Source of the DNA: an uncultured Bacilli bacterium | GTDB taxonomy: Bacteria > Bacillota_I > Bacilli_A > RF39 > UBA660 | Length of the DNA: 64,000 nt | Direction of reading: 5' to 3' | Assembly (NCBI GenBank): GCA_947632375.1 | Contig: CANRPF010000004.1 | Location: 1,019-65,018, forward strand | Shown here: positions 19,801 through 30,278 of the stretch, piece by piece | Layout of the letters: each line of letters opens with the position of its first letter | How positions within the stretch are numbered: position 1 is the stretch's first letter | The notes under the pieces: model-generated | Databases searched by the model: none | Told to the model about the DNA's origin: nothing | Seen by the model: only the letters and a program-made list of their open reading frames with translations | Made by a program: the position numbers and the translations under genes

Positions 19801-22800
19801 TCATAAACAGCCTTTTGTTTTTCTAATATATCTAACTGTTCATTCAAATTATCTAATAAATCTTCTCCTGCAAGTTTTTCTTGGTCTCGCTGCACTCTTT
19901 CGAGACTCTTATCTAACTTTTCTACTTGCTGATTTATATCGTGATAGCGGTCTGCCTGTTTTTCAACATATTTTTCAACTGCGGGTTCTTTTCCGCCCCC
20001 GCCTCCTCCGCCGCCACTTTTACCTTTACTACGACGCGCTTTACCTGCGGAGCCTCCGCCATTCTTAGCTTGACTAAACTTAAAGCCTCCACCTGAAGAC
20101 TTTTTAGCAGATGTGACCTTTAAACTAAAAGCTGTATTTTCCTTAGTAGCAGTAGCTTCCATTGGCGCTGGCTCATAAGTAATACTAGGAATATTATACG
20201 TAACAGGCGTTCCAGTTAATGGGTCAACACTATCTACACTTTCTGTGGTTGTATGAGCAATAGCACCCATATATTCATGAGTTTCATTAGCTGTTGTATT
20301 GACTTGTTCAACTTCAGCATCGACACCCATAGAAGCTAAATAATCTGTAGCTTGTGCTGCTGACATGCCGGCAGCATTTACCATGTTACTTAATCCATTT
20401 AAGAATCCAGTGTCATCTAGGTTAGCACCAATTTCAATATCATTAAAGTTTTCTCCATTGATAATCTGGTTATTTAACCAAGCAACATCTTCAGCAAACT
20501 GAGCAGTATCAATCCCGCATTTTACAAGTATATCTTGGCCAGCCCTAGATAATAACTCATCATATGCTTCAATATCTCCATCAATAGCTTTATGCATTAG
20601 TTCAAGATTATCTGCACTCTGCAAAAATTCATCAGATAATGAACTTCCATTCATATCCAATAAATCAGCATAAGAATCTCTTAAATCATCTATAATTTCA
20701 GCCTGGTCTTGCAGGTCTCCGCTTTGCAAAGCTGACAACCAATCTTCATAATTATCTGCAACTTCTTTACAAGCATCATCAAATCTTAAAATAGCCTCAG
20801 CTACGTCTTCAGCAGCTTCTTCATCTTCTTTTAAACTATCTGCTAGTTCAGTACCAATACCTTCACTACTATCTGCAACATCTTGAATAACATCGCGTAA
20901 ATCAGATAATGCTTCTGGGTCTATATCTTCATCTAAAGTATTTTGTAATTCTTTTAACCTTTCATTGAAAGCTTCAAGACTTACATCACCTAAATGTTGT
21001 TCTAATTCATCTATTGTATCATAAGATGAAAGTAAGGTGCGTTCCCATGCAAGAGCAGAATTATTATTAGCATCAATTAACTCCGATGAATTTGCAAAAG
21101 CATCTCCAAGCCCGCCTACCATATCAGCAATCTCTTGCAAATCATCTGGGTCCATAAACCCAGTTTCTAATTCTTGTCTCCACTTATCTATTTTTAATGC
21201 GGTTTCCTCTGACTGGTCACCTAAAGCCACTATTAAATCAATTTGCTGTTGAACTTCTTTTGTATTATAATGGCCTTTTCCGTCCTCACCAGTATACATT
21301 CTATTTGTTGCAAGGGTATCAAAATCATAACCCTGTACTGCTTGAATGTTTGAGTTTTGAGTTCTTAGAATATTGATCTGGTCTCTTAGAGTTCCAATGA
21401 AATCTTCTTGCACTGCTTTCTTTAAATCTTCTGCACTTCGCGTTAATTTATAAGTGCCATCAAGCATTTGTACAAAATAACTTTGACCAGCCTCGCCTAA
21501 TTTGGCATAATCTTCAGCACTGATGGTATCGCCAGATTTTAACTTATTTAATGTTTTAGATAATTCAGTAAAGTTTGAAGCCGCGGCGGCCGCGTTCTTT
21601 GCAGTATCATACAAGGTATTGTCAAATTCTTCTAGGCCCTCTAATGAACCTGAATTATATGCATCAATAGCCTCGTCTAATTTACCCATAGCCGAAGCCC
21701 GCGCCAATGTAGCTGCAACAAATTCTTGGTCATTCAAATTTAATTCAGATTTATCAAGTTTATCAAAAGCATCTTGCACAGATAATGCCATATCTTTAGC
21801 AATATTATCTGATGCCTCTTGCCATGAATCTGAAATAGTGCTAAGTTTATCTTGCAACTCCTCAGGAGTAGTGCCAAGTAACTCTAATTCAGATTGTAAA
21901 CTACTAACATCTAATTGACCTAAATTTTCGGCTTCTTGCTGAGTTAAAGAACCTATGTCATCAATTCCAGAAGCAACATTAAATAATGCTGTTTTTACAT
22001 TTTCACTATCCCCAGCTACTTTACCAATAGACTTAAATGCTTCAGCATAATCTTCAATACTATCTTTAGCTTGGTCTTGAGCTTCTTGCGCTGCTAAATA
22101 TGCTCTAGCAACTTTATCTGAAATTTGAATCCATTCTCCATCTTTCAGATAAGAACCCATATTATCGCCCTTATTTTTTGAGCGTTTATATCCCATAGCT
22201 TCAGCATAGGCTTCTTGGATTTGTTTATCAGTCTTACCTCCACTAAACTTACCCTGGTCTGCGTATCTATTAGAAGTTTCTTTATTGATTTCTTCTATTT
22301 TATCTCCAAGAACACTTGCTAATTGATTGCTAAATTCAGCATTAGCATATTGAGTATCCTCTAATAATGAGGTTCCAATAGATTCTCCTAAAATCTTATT
22401 ACTTTCAGTATTAGCTTTAACTGATTCTGATAAAGAAATTAACTCTCCAGTATTCTTTAATAAAGCATCTGCTTCTAATTGAGATATATCAGCACTCTCC
22501 ATTAAAGTTTGACTATTTTCAAGAATACTTGTACCATTTTTATCAATAGCATCTAATACTCTATTCATGCTCTCGCGAGATATTTCAGTACCAGTATAAG
22601 TTTCATCAACCATACCTGGAATAAAATATTTGTTCTTACGCACAAAATCTGTAATATCAGACCTATTTTGAGCGTCATTAGAAGTCATACTACTTAATAA
22701 TGATGCTCGATACATTGTAGCTACTTTTTCAGATTGAGCTTTTAATAAAGCGTCTTGACCTGCTTGAGAAATTTCAAGCATTCCATTGTCAGATTGGATA

Positions 22801-25670
22801 TAACTTGCTAATTGAGGATAAGTGTCTAATAATTCTAATACCTGATTATTAACTTCATTAAGTTTTTCTTTCCATTCATCAGTACCTTTAATTAAAGTAT
22901 CTAATCCGTCTCTTGCTTCTTGATACTGACTTAAGGAATTTTTTAATTCATCATAGCTATTTTTAATTTCGTCATAAGCATCTTTAACTTCTTTAGCTGC
23001 GGCGGCCGCCTTCTTCGCAGCATCAGAGTCAGCATTATATGCCTTAACCGCAAGATAAGCACCAACACCGATTGCTCCTAAAACTGCAACTACAGCAGCT
23101 GCGGCAGCAGCAAAAGTAGCTAAACCTGCTGCGCCAACCCCTCCAGCCGCAGTGCCAGCTCCAGCCGCAGCCTCGCCCATGGCAGTTGCGCCGCCAGCAG
23201 CAGCAGATGTGCCTGTAGTTAAAGTTTTTAATGCGGGCAATAATTGCTTAGCTGCTTTTAAATTAGAGATAATAAGTGGTAAGGATACTAATAATGTTGA
23301 GGTAACTCTTTCTACTTTTTCTCCAGTAGATAAAGTTTCATCGCCAAGTGTTTTTATTATACCACTTGTCGTTGTTAATAACATTGTTATAGAAGTCAAA
23401 CCATTAACAGCTTCAGAAATAGCCTTTTGTCTTGCTGCTCTGTTGATTTCTAATTGCTCAATATTTTCTAGTGCATTTCGCTGTTGTACTAAAGTATCTA
23501 ATTCGCCATTTTCAATCTGCTGTCTATATGTTAAAGCCTGATTTGCATTGTTAATACTTTGTTGATTTGACTGTAATAATTCTTTTTGTTCTATGATTGA
23601 ATTATTGATTTCTTCTTCACTTAAATCAACACTTCTAATTGTCTCTAATATATTTTCATATTGTCCATCAATTCCAAGTAATGTTTCAGATAAATTACTA
23701 TTTTCAGAAAAAATCTGCTCTCCAAGTTCTTGAATACGTTGATTATGTTTTACCTGTTCTTCTAATGGTAAACTACATAATTCAGTATACTCCAATAAAT
23801 CTTTTTGAGCTTGGACTTCTGTTTCTTTATATTCAAGACGATTTCTAATAGTTTGTGTACTTTCTTTTTCAGTAAATCCAATACCTTCTAGTAATTGACC
23901 ATAATTAGTAATACTTTGAATTTGTTGTTCTAATAAACCAATCTCTTGTTGTTGTGCTGTTAAAGCATTATATTGTTCAGAAGTTAATGCACTACGAACC
24001 TCTAATAATTGTTGAGCATATTTAACTTCTAAATCTACGGCAGAACCAGAAATAGTTTCACCCTGCGCGGCATGTGCATTGATAACATCTTGTTTCATTT
24101 GGATGGCATTATTATTAGCTTTCAATGCTTCCATATTTTGTATCTGTCTCTCAATAGCACCACCAATTTGGTTATTAAATACTTTAGCTACTAATGAACC
24201 AAAATATAAGAAACTAGCTCCTCCGCCACCAATACCTTGTAAGAAGTTATTAAAAACTCCTAATGCTCCTGTTAATGCTGAAGTAAAATCATTAACAGTA
24301 TCAGCATTAAACAAAATACTATATGTAGTTTCTGCTTCTGTTTTTAATTGCTGCAAATGAGCTTCAGTACTTTCCATATAAATATCTTGCTGGTCTTGTA
24401 AAGTACCCATAGCATTTGCAGATGTTTCTAATGCTTCATTATATGCGTCCCAGTTATCAAATAGCGCGAGTAAGTTGTTATACTGACGAGTTCCCGCCAT
24501 AGCCTGAGCCAAGAATACCTGCTGTTCACGAGACATTGTATTCCATTTATCTCCGACTTCCTCAATAACATCACCCATATCACGCAACTTATTATTTGCA
24601 TCAAGTACATTTACACCCATTTGAGCCATTTGCTCAGTATAATTATCAAGAGTAGTCTCAGTATCGAGACCAGCTTGAATATCTGACATACGAGCATATA
24701 CACTTCTTAATGCAACACCAACAGATTCAGGAGCTTGACGAGTAACTGAAATAATTGTTGCTAATTGCGCATTTAATTGGTCAACATCAACACCCATCAA
24801 GTTAGCTGCTGATGCAACTCGACTCATACCAACACTTAATTCTTCTAAGTCTGAAGCTGTTGTTGCAGCTACTGCTGCTAACTTATCTACATACAATTCA
24901 GCTTCATCAGCACTAACTTTATAACCGTTCCATACAGCAGTTAACTGCTCAGATACCGCTTGCGCATTTTGACCAGTAACGTTAGCTGCTTTTAATGTAG
25001 TTTCCGCTCTTGCAGCCACATCCTCGTCACTTAAACCTTGCTGATAATAAATCAAAGATGCGTTGGTATATGCCGTTGTGCTTTGACCAAGAGCCTTAGC
25101 AGCATTATTTGCCTTAACCGCAAACTTATCCATATCATCAGCAGATTTACTTGTAACTATTCTAATATCATTTAAACTTCTATCTAAATCTAATGTATAA
25201 TAATATGCTTTTTGAATAGAACCAGTAATATTATTAAATATACTTGAAGCAACTCCCCACTTGACAGTATTCGCCATTGAGGTTGCCATATCGTTTAATA
25301 ACTTACTACCTTGTTTTAATTGTAAATTTGTATTTAAAATAGATGAAGCAACTCTATTATAAGCCGCAGCGCCGGTAGCACCAGATGCCTCCATTGTGGC
25401 TTTTAAGTTAGCAACATTACCATATGATTCTTTAATACTAGAATTTAATCTACTTAAATCTAATTGTCCTAACTTACTATTCCATGCTTCATTTAATATT
25501 CCTTCTAACTGTTTTGCTGCACTCGCAGCTTCTCTTAATTCATTACTAATAGTACCAGATTTTATTGCATTTTTAGCTTCGTCTTGTACTTGTCTTAATG
25601 CCTGTGTGACTTCTGCTAATCCAGTTTTGTCAACAGTATAGCCAACTTGAACTTGAACTCTATTAGCCAT
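16854..25670 (-). CDS. Tail tape measure protein (2938 aa)
   Basis: TP901-type TMP core, long helical Ala-rich body, FDTGGYTG..AILHEKELVLN C-terminus. Confidence 0.92.
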   Translation of the reverse strand: MANRVQVQVGYTVDKTGLAEVTQALRQVQDEAKNAIKSGTISNELREAASAAKQLEGILNEAWNSKLGQLDLSRLNSSIKESYGNVANLKATMEASGATGAAAYNRVASSILNTNLQLKQGSKLLNDMATSMANTVKWGVASSIFNNITGSIQKAYYYTLDLDRSLNDIRIVTSKSADDMDKFAVKANNAAKALGQSTTAYTNASLIYYQQGLSDEDVAARAETTLKAANVTGQNAQAVSEQLTAVWNGYKVSADEAELYVDKLAAVAATTASDLEELSVGMSRVASAANLMGVDVDQLNAQLATIISVTRQAPESVGVALRSVYARMSDIQAGLDTETTLDNYTEQMAQMGVNVLDANNKLRDMGDVIEEVGDKWNTMSREQQVFLAQAMAGTRQYNNLLALFDNWDAYNEALETSANAMGTLQDQQDIYMESTEAHLQQLKTEAETTYSILFNADTVNDFTSALTGALGVFNNFLQGIGGGGASFLYFGSLVAKVFNNQIGGAIERQIQNMEALKANNNAIQMKQDVINAHAAQGETISGSAVDLEVKYAQQLLEVRSALTSEQYNALTAQQQEIGLLEQQIQSITNYGQLLEGIGFTEKESTQTIRNRLEYKETEVQAQKDLLEYTELCSLPLEEQVKHNQRIQELGEQIFSENSNLSETLLGIDGQYENILETIRSVDLSEEEINNSIIEQKELLQSNQQSINNANQALTYRQQIENGELDTLVQQRNALENIEQLEINRAARQKAISEAVNGLTSITMLLTTTSGIIKTLGDETLSTGEKVERVTSTLLVSLPLIISNLKAAKQLLPALKTLTTGTSAAAGGATAMGEAAAGAGTAAGGVGAAGLATFAAAAAAVVAVLGAIGVGAYLAVKAYNADSDAAKKAAAAAKEVKDAYDEIKNSYDELKNSLSQYQEARDGLDTLIKGTDEWKEKLNEVNNQVLELLDTYPQLASYIQSDNGMLEISQAGQDALLKAQSEKVATMYRASLLSSMTSNDAQNRSDITDFVRKNKYFIPGMVDETYTGTEISRESMNRVLDAIDKNGTSILENSQTLMESADISQLEADALLKNTGELISLSESVKANTESNKILGESIGTSLLEDTQYANAEFSNQLASVLGDKIEEINKETSNRYADQGKFSGGKTDKQIQEAYAEAMGYKRSKNKGDNMGSYLKDGEWIQISDKVARAYLAAQEAQDQAKDSIEDYAEAFKSIGKVAGDSENVKTALFNVASGIDDIGSLTQQEAENLGQLDVSSLQSELELLGTTPEELQDKLSTISDSWQEASDNIAKDMALSVQDAFDKLDKSELNLNDQEFVAATLARASAMGKLDEAIDAYNSGSLEGLEEFDNTLYDTAKNAAAAASNFTELSKTLNKLKSGDTISAEDYAKLGEAGQSYFVQMLDGTYKLTRSAEDLKKAVQEDFIGTLRDQINILRTQNSNIQAVQGYDFDTLATNRMYTGEDGKGHYNTKEVQQQIDLIVALGDQSEETALKIDKWRQELETGFMDPDDLQEIADMVGGLGDAFANSSELIDANNNSALAWERTLLSSYDTIDELEQHLGDVSLEAFNERLKELQNTLDEDIDPEALSDLRDVIQDVADSSEGIGTELADSLKEDEEAAEDVAEAILRFDDACKEVADNYEDWLSALQSGDLQDQAEIIDDLRDSYADLLDMNGSSLSDEFLQSADNLELMHKAIDGDIEAYDELLSRAGQDILVKCGIDTAQFAEDVAWLNNQIINGENFNDIEIGANLDDTGFLNGLSNMVNAAGMSAAQATDYLASMGVDAEVEQVNTTANETHEYMGAIAHTTTESVDSVDPLTGTPVTYNIPSITYEPAPMEATATKENTAFSLKVTSAKKSSGGGFKFSQAKNGGGSAGKARRSKGKSGGGGGGGGKEPAVEKYVEKQADRYHDINQQVEKLDKSLERVQRDQEKLAGEDLLDNLNEQLDILEKQKAVYENKIRLEKEEAAELRNTLAAEGATFDSEGYLTNYTAVLQAKLDYVNNLIDQYNAMSAEEQEKFKDTIEQAQKDYDELEKNIERYDTIKTEIFDLEDQIEDAVDRQIEINIKKFTAEVEIRLDMAEAERDFNEFRRKVLDEIKDDDILGNARANLDDYFSYFETYDTGTGPIEALTEQVNKTMDEVEALADDGYSDVYGKNSQKALEDLQNYYTELMNQLEDMQDLEEEIKESYLDMIDQAIDEFDDHVDQFEYINDLLNHDMNLVGLLYGDDAYADMDRYYRQIQTNNNEELKFLRERVNYANEMMKLETDPEARKKWIEEWQDSLEELNDKVEESVENIIDKYSNLIEQIFDKLNDKVTGGLGLDYVGEEWDLINKNSERYLDNINKMQALQELENKYLEGIANTDDLVAQQKLKDVMDQQLAYLREKDKLTEYDVERANMMYELTLKQLALENAQQTKTNLRLRRDSQGNYTYQYVSDEDELEQKRQELLQAQNDLYNFDKNQYVQNLDDLYSMYEEFQDKVKELYLDPTLDPEARLKKQQLLTEQYGELIIGIITENEYIRSNLYDSAFNDLALLYDTDVQNFKDMSQQEQDELMNSLIPQWDSGVEHMAEKIAGEGGLVPVCSEAFSELSETTQEYQNDLSDVEDAADVTFEALQDGITEGTDDTRELIDENDNLISKYRDDLIPAIKDVISSLEDMKDEYDRVMEAAKEAAKAAYELAQARQAANADADWDDGYESSASSNIGANVLQNRSNSSSGSSSNSSSGGGSSSGGSGGTRTGSPSSNSYLFKGASGKGYNKGDTHWIHPNYVYSTPSAINALPVKDFPPGNAKIVSYYKGKEYPVRVSLNGRSGYVALSHFDTGGYTGEWAGGGGKAAILHEKELVLNQEDTKNILSAVNIVRHMDELVNNLNTATSIHTSSLLGGLGRITNNNYPNNNNAVDQNVHITAEFPGVRDSKEIEDALNNLVNAASMHAFNNRR

Positions 25671-25768
25671 ATAATCCTTTTACCTCCTTTAAAGAAGCTA
25701 AACATAAAAATAATGCCTTTACTATCATATTATGATAATAAAGGCATTTCAATTAACGTATTTTGACC

Positions 25769-26338
25769 TTACTTGCCGTCATCTAATACTTGCAAGTTAG
25801 CTCTCATTCCTGGTATAGGTCTTCCTCCATTTGCGGCTTCCGCAAACTTAATGACCTCTTGATATTTACTTGGGTCAAAACTATCTACAATCTGGCGGGC
25901 GGCCTCGGCATTAGCTGGAAGATCCTGGATTAAACTTTGAATGATCGCGGCCGCGCTATTTCTATATTTCATATTATCCTTAATCAATGATTGAAGATAT
26001 GAAAACAATAAATCATATTCTTCTTCATTCATTTTATTTAAAAATGCACGCATAAAACCGCTATTAACTAACTTATCATATAAAATTTCTTCATTAGCTC
26101 TATCTTCATCAGAAAATTCAATGTCTGTATACATATATACTAGATGTAAATGAAAGAATATATCAACTTTAATTGGATTATATAAACCATCCTCTTTAGA
26201 TTTTTGTAAAGTAATCATAATTAAATCATATTTATCTCTAATGGGAATGTATGATTTTACTTGCACCGTCTTACCATTAAAGTTAAAAGTCGTATTTTCT
26301 TCTTTTACCTTAATTTGCAAATCAGAAAATTTTACCAT
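25769..26338 (-). CDS. Probable tail assembly chaperone
   Basis: Directly upstream of tape measure gene. Confidence 0.5.
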   Translation of the reverse strand: MVKFSDLQIKVKEENTTFNFNGKTVQVKSYIPIRDKYDLIMITLQKSKEDGLYNPIKVDIFFHLHLVYMYTDIEFSDEDRANEEILYDKLVNSGFMRAFLNKMNEEEYDLLFSYLQSLIKDNMKYRNSAAAIIQSLIQDLPANAEAARQIVDSFDPSKYQEVIKFAEAANGGRPIPGMRANLQVLDDGK

Positions 26339-26373
26339 AAACTTTTTCTCCTTTTATCTCATTTCTTATTTAT

Positions 26374-26402
26374 ATTATACCACAAAAATTTTTATTTGTC
26401 AA
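26374..26402 (-). promoter_or_regulatory. Sigma-A promoter TTGACA-17-TATAAT
   Basis: Perfect consensus upstream of 25769..26338. Confidence 0.75.
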
Positions 26403-26413
26403 GTATTAGAATT

Positions 26414-27478
26414 TTATATTGTGGTGGCTTGTATTATATCATTATAAATTTCTTTCTCAATATCGCCAACCAATTCTTTATTTCTTGTTCTAGCTCTAGC
26501 ATGTAATTTCTGCTTTTCCTTTAATAAAGCCTGTTTATCAAAAGTAGCATCAGATATAACCTTTTTTGCCATAATAATCAACTGTCTAGCACTCAAAGCG
26601 GAAGCTCCCGCAGATTTAATACCATATTCTATATTGCCAACTGTTACGTCTCCTGCTAACATACCAGACTCATTATCTACATTAAAAGTTTCATGCACGA
26701 ACGCTTCAACATTTAATTCAATATCACTATTAAAATCTGGACTTTTCTTATTTAATAATACAATAGCAGCATAAGTTTCGTTAATATCACCCTCAGCGCT
26801 AATAAAAGCATGATGCCAGACTCTGCTAGGATTTTGCCATAATACAATACGATTATTATGTTTTCTGCTTACTCTATATCTAAATAATACTTCTTTATAA
26901 GTAGTTTTTAAACCAATAAGATTAAAATTAAACGCCTCATCTACTTTCAATCTTTCCATGGATGTTTCTAAATCTTTTTGAGTTGGATTATAACGTGCAA
27001 CAAAATTATTTGTTCTTGAAGCTACATCATATTTTAATAAGTCTTCATCTTTAATTTCATAAAGTTCTGGTTCACCGTTATTATTCTCATAAACAAAAAC
27101 CATTACTACTTTTTGGCCAATAAAAGCATTCAGAGCAGCCTGAAACTTAAATGTTGCAGCATAAAAACGCTTTGGAATATCGCTCCGTAAAAATACAGAT
27201 TGTTGCTCTTTGTTTTGTATATATTCTTCTATCTCTGAATAATTAGCATTAGCTCTTCTTAAATTTCTTTGTCTTTGTAATAAATTCTGAAATTGTTGAA
27301 TCTCAACTGAAAGCGCGGAGACCTCGATTAAATACTCATTAGCCGCCGCCCGCAGTTGTTGTATATCTATTTCTACTGCGTCTTTCAATGGTGTGTCTAT
27401 TGCATTTAATTGTTCATTAGTTATAATATCTGCTGTACTTTCTTCTAATTCTACTGAAATTCCATTTGCGTTAATCAA
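26414..27478 (-). CDS. Hypothetical protein (TTG start)
   Basis: 354-aa ORF, GGAGG RBS. Confidence 0.7.
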   Translation of the reverse strand: MINANGISVELEESTADIITNEQLNAIDTPLKDAVEIDIQQLRAAANEYLIEVSALSVEIQQFQNLLQRQRNLRRANANYSEIEEYIQNKEQQSVFLRSDIPKRFYAATFKFQAALNAFIGQKVVMVFVYENNNGEPELYEIKDEDLLKYDVASRTNNFVARYNPTQKDLETSMERLKVDEAFNFNLIGLKTTYKEVLFRYRVSRKHNNRIVLWQNPSRVWHHAFISAEGDINETYAAIVLLNKKSPDFNSDIELNVEAFVHETFNVDNESGMLAGDVTVGNIEYGIKSAGASALSARQLIIMAKKVISDATFDKQALLKEKQKLHARARTRNKELVGDIEKEIYNDIIQATTI

Positions 27479-27495
27479 ATTATATGCCTCCTTAT

Positions 27496-27526
27496 AAAAA
27501 AATAAAGGGAGGACTTAGTCCTCCCT
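27496..27526 (-). terminator. Terminator after major tail gene
   Basis: AGGGAGGAC/GTCCTCCCT stem + T-run. Confidence 0.7.
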
Positions 27527-27537
27527 ATTATAATTTA

Positions 27538-28899
27538 TTAGTTTTTAGCATCTTTGAAAGTTACATTGTCAAAGTGTAACTCTGATTCAGCAATTTTATG
27601 TGTATCATCTTGTGTAGAATCGCTATCATAGAAAGTTACTTTAATATCATTGATGATTTGTTTACCATCTTGACTAGCAACTCTTGCTACAATAATTGGG
27701 TCATAATCTACTATTTTAGCTGGACTATTATAGTCCCCGTGTGAAGTGGTACTCTTCTCCATTTTCATCTTCTTTGCATTAGGTACATCTACTGTAACTG
27801 GGAAATAGAAGCCACTTTGTTCACTGGAGTCGCTGCTGAACGTAGTCCATTCTGTTACTTTCTTCATTGTAGCAGTAACATTACCTAAGTCTGTAATAAC
27901 AGGAACGTCCTCTAATAAGTCAGCAGCCGTCTTTCCGTCGCCCTCTTCACCAATCTTTATCTCCATCTTCAAATCAACAGCCTTGAATGGAGAAACACTA
28001 TCGGTATCAGCTTCTGGAATAGACTCCTCATCATTATGTGGAAATACAGGTAGCATAGTAGAACCAGCAGCATGTGGGTCATTGATAATCTGAATAGCAC
28101 ACAATACTTTACGTCTTGGCTCAAAGTATGTATATCCTGGGAATGCATCCATTACAAAGCTAAATGTTGATGGGTCACCAGTTGATGCCATTGAGAAAGT
28201 AAAGTTAGACTGAATCTTAACATTCGGGAATGTCAATTCAGCAGGCATATCGAAACCATCATTTTGACGTCTAAATAGCGTACTAGCTTCAACATAGTAA
28301 TAACCACCAAAGTTCTCAGCGTCAATCTGCAATTCATCTACAACAGTAGAATTTTTAACTACATAATAATCAACAAAATAAGATTTACTAGCTGGAATTG
28401 TACCAGTAAGTTTCTTACCAGTTTTTTCATCAACTCTTAGACCTTCCAACATAGTTCCTTCAATAGAACCATCTTCCTCGGCCTGAACAGCGAAGATAGG
28501 TGCAGTTGGACAAATCTTTTCATCTTCATTCAAAGCATCAGTTAAATCGATTTCATCTTTGCTACTATAAGCCTGAGATGTTCTATGAACATGCACTTGA
28601 TTATTAGCATAATTACCCTGGAATAGACCTGCACCAGATAGGATTGCAAATCCCATAGGTGAAAGTAAAGCATCTTCAACTGTAAATGTTAAAGTTTTTT
28701 CACCTTCCCAAGCTACCAAACGAGTATTACCTTTACCACCAGTAGCATATACTGTAGTAGCAGCGCCTTCCATAGTAGAGGTCTTAGCTGAATCGATGTA
28801 AAGAACTGGCTGGCCTTTCTTAAACCATTTATCACCAATCTTTGTGTCTGCTTTTGCCTTAAATACAACATCGCAAATTTCGCGTACACCGAATTTCAT
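27538..28899 (-). CDS. Major tail (tube) protein with C-terminal extra domain
   Basis: MKFGVREICDV...YATGGKGN...W..EKTLTFTVEDAL...GDPSTF; strong RBS and terminator. Confidence 0.75.
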   Translation of the reverse strand: MKFGVREICDVVFKAKADTKIGDKWFKKGQPVLYIDSAKTSTMEGAATTVYATGGKGNTRLVAWEGEKTLTFTVEDALLSPMGFAILSGAGLFQGNYANNQVHVHRTSQAYSSKDEIDLTDALNEDEKICPTAPIFAVQAEEDGSIEGTMLEGLRVDEKTGKKLTGTIPASKSYFVDYYVVKNSTVVDELQIDAENFGGYYYVEASTLFRRQNDGFDMPAELTFPNVKIQSNFTFSMASTGDPSTFSFVMDAFPGYTYFEPRRKVLCAIQIINDPHAAGSTMLPVFPHNDEESIPEADTDSVSPFKAVDLKMEIKIGEEGDGKTAADLLEDVPVITDLGNVTATMKKVTEWTTFSSDSSEQSGFYFPVTVDVPNAKKMKMEKSTTSHGDYNSPAKIVDYDPIIVARVASQDGKQIINDIKVTFYDSDSTQDDTHKIAESELHFDNVTFKDAKN

Positions 28900-28934
28900 T
28901 TAAAATTTCCTCCTTATTGAAATTTTATTTAAAC

Positions 28935-29675
28935 TTAGTGGATGTCTTTCATCCAATTCTCAACTTCTTCTAAATCTTTTGCTCCAACTAACTTCATTTG
29001 GAAGTAAGCGTCAAAATCAGTCTTTAAATTAAAGCGTTCAAATTCATCAAAAAGTTGATAAACAGTATACTGCAAAAGAGAATCTATTGATTTAGATTCT
29101 CCTACTGCTAATATAGAAATATAACGACTTAATACAGCTACCTTTTCTGGATTTTCACCCTTTAATTCGGCAGCTCTTTTTCTTCCCCGCATTAACTTTT
29201 CAGCAATTTCTTTGGCTTTACTACCTTGAGGGTTGTAAGCTAAATCGTCTTTACTTTTTCTATCTAAGCAAAACATTTTTACTAAAATAGTTTTAAATTC
29301 TTCAAAATTTAACTTACTAATAAAATGCGGAGGTTCATTTTTTTTAATTAGTGCTATACCATTATCATTTAATTGAATATTATACTCTGGAAATAATAAA
29401 GTTAAAACCATCATTGCACTAACTTTGTTTTGCTTTAAAGCCGTATTTTTATCCCTCATTATTGACATAAATACTTCAAAATTAGTCTTATTCTCTAAAC
29501 TAATTTTGTCCTCAGTATTTAAAATATCTTTAGAAAAATTTAATAAACCACAACCTGTAAAAAAAGCCTCTTCACCTATATATGCTATTTCTTTTATAGT
29601 AGGTTGATGTATACTGACTTGTGCTTCCACAAAAGGAATATCAATACCAGATAAAAGCTGCAATTCATTTAACAT
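28935..29675 (-). CDS. Neck/tail-region hypothetical protein
   Basis: Synteny between head and tail genes. Confidence 0.55.
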   Translation of the reverse strand: MLNELQLLSGIDIPFVEAQVSIHQPTIKEIAYIGEEAFFTGCGLLNFSKDILNTEDKISLENKTNFEVFMSIMRDKNTALKQNKVSAMMVLTLLFPEYNIQLNDNGIALIKKNEPPHFISKLNFEEFKTILVKMFCLDRKSKDDLAYNPQGSKAKEIAEKLMRGRKRAAELKGENPEKVAVLSRYISILAVGESKSIDSLLQYTVYQLFDEFERFNLKTDFDAYFQMKLVGAKDLEEVENWMKDIH

Positions 29676-30259
29676 TAGTCTTTATCTGGTATTTGGTCAT
29701 CGCTGCCATGAATTGCCTTATAAGTTAATGTATATCCAGATAAATCTTCACTTAAAATCAATTCATTACACCCTGCAAATTGAAATGTACCAATACCAGT
29801 CAACCTCGTTCTATTTAAAAGACCATCTATATAACCTGCTATTTTTAATGGTCTCAATCTATAATTTCCTATGTCCCAATAGTCAGTATGACAAACTATG
29901 TCGAAAGTTACAATACAATCACGAAACTCTGGATTCGTAGGATTAGGAGTAAAATTATCAAAAGTAAGGATGATATATGCTTTCACTTCCTCATGTTCAG
30001 GCAAACGAATTTTTGGTTCTAATTTAATATATCCTTCATCCCTTAACTTTCCTAAATCCATCTCTTTTAGTTTAGCTAAGTATTCTGGATTTTCTTTATC
30101 ATCCAAACAATCTTTAGTGTTAATAACTAATAACCTTTTTAAAATATCACTATAAGGCTGACTCTCTATAAAGAGTCTCCTTAATATCCTCTCAGTGTCT
30201 TTTTCACAAGAGAGAAAAGATGAAGTAATAGGTCTTGTTAAAATCAAATCTCTCTTCAT
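29675..30259 (-). CDS. Putative tail terminator/neck protein
   Basis: FDIVCH.D.W....RP motif; synteny. Confidence 0.5.
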   Translation of the reverse strand: MKRDLILTRPITSSFLSCEKDTERILRRLFIESQPYSDILKRLLVINTKDCLDDKENPEYLAKLKEMDLGKLRDEGYIKLEPKIRLPEHEEVKAYIILTFDNFTPNPTNPEFRDCIVTFDIVCHTDYWDIGNYRLRPLKIAGYIDGLLNRTRLTGIGTFQFAGCNELILSEDLSGYTLTYKAIHGSDDQIPDKD

Positions 30260-30278
30260 ATTTAACTCCTTTTATCTC

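Noticed and set aside
17440-20060. Gly/Ser-rich GC patches in the tape measure gene as DNA repeats
   Set aside because: Explained by low-complexity protein linkers
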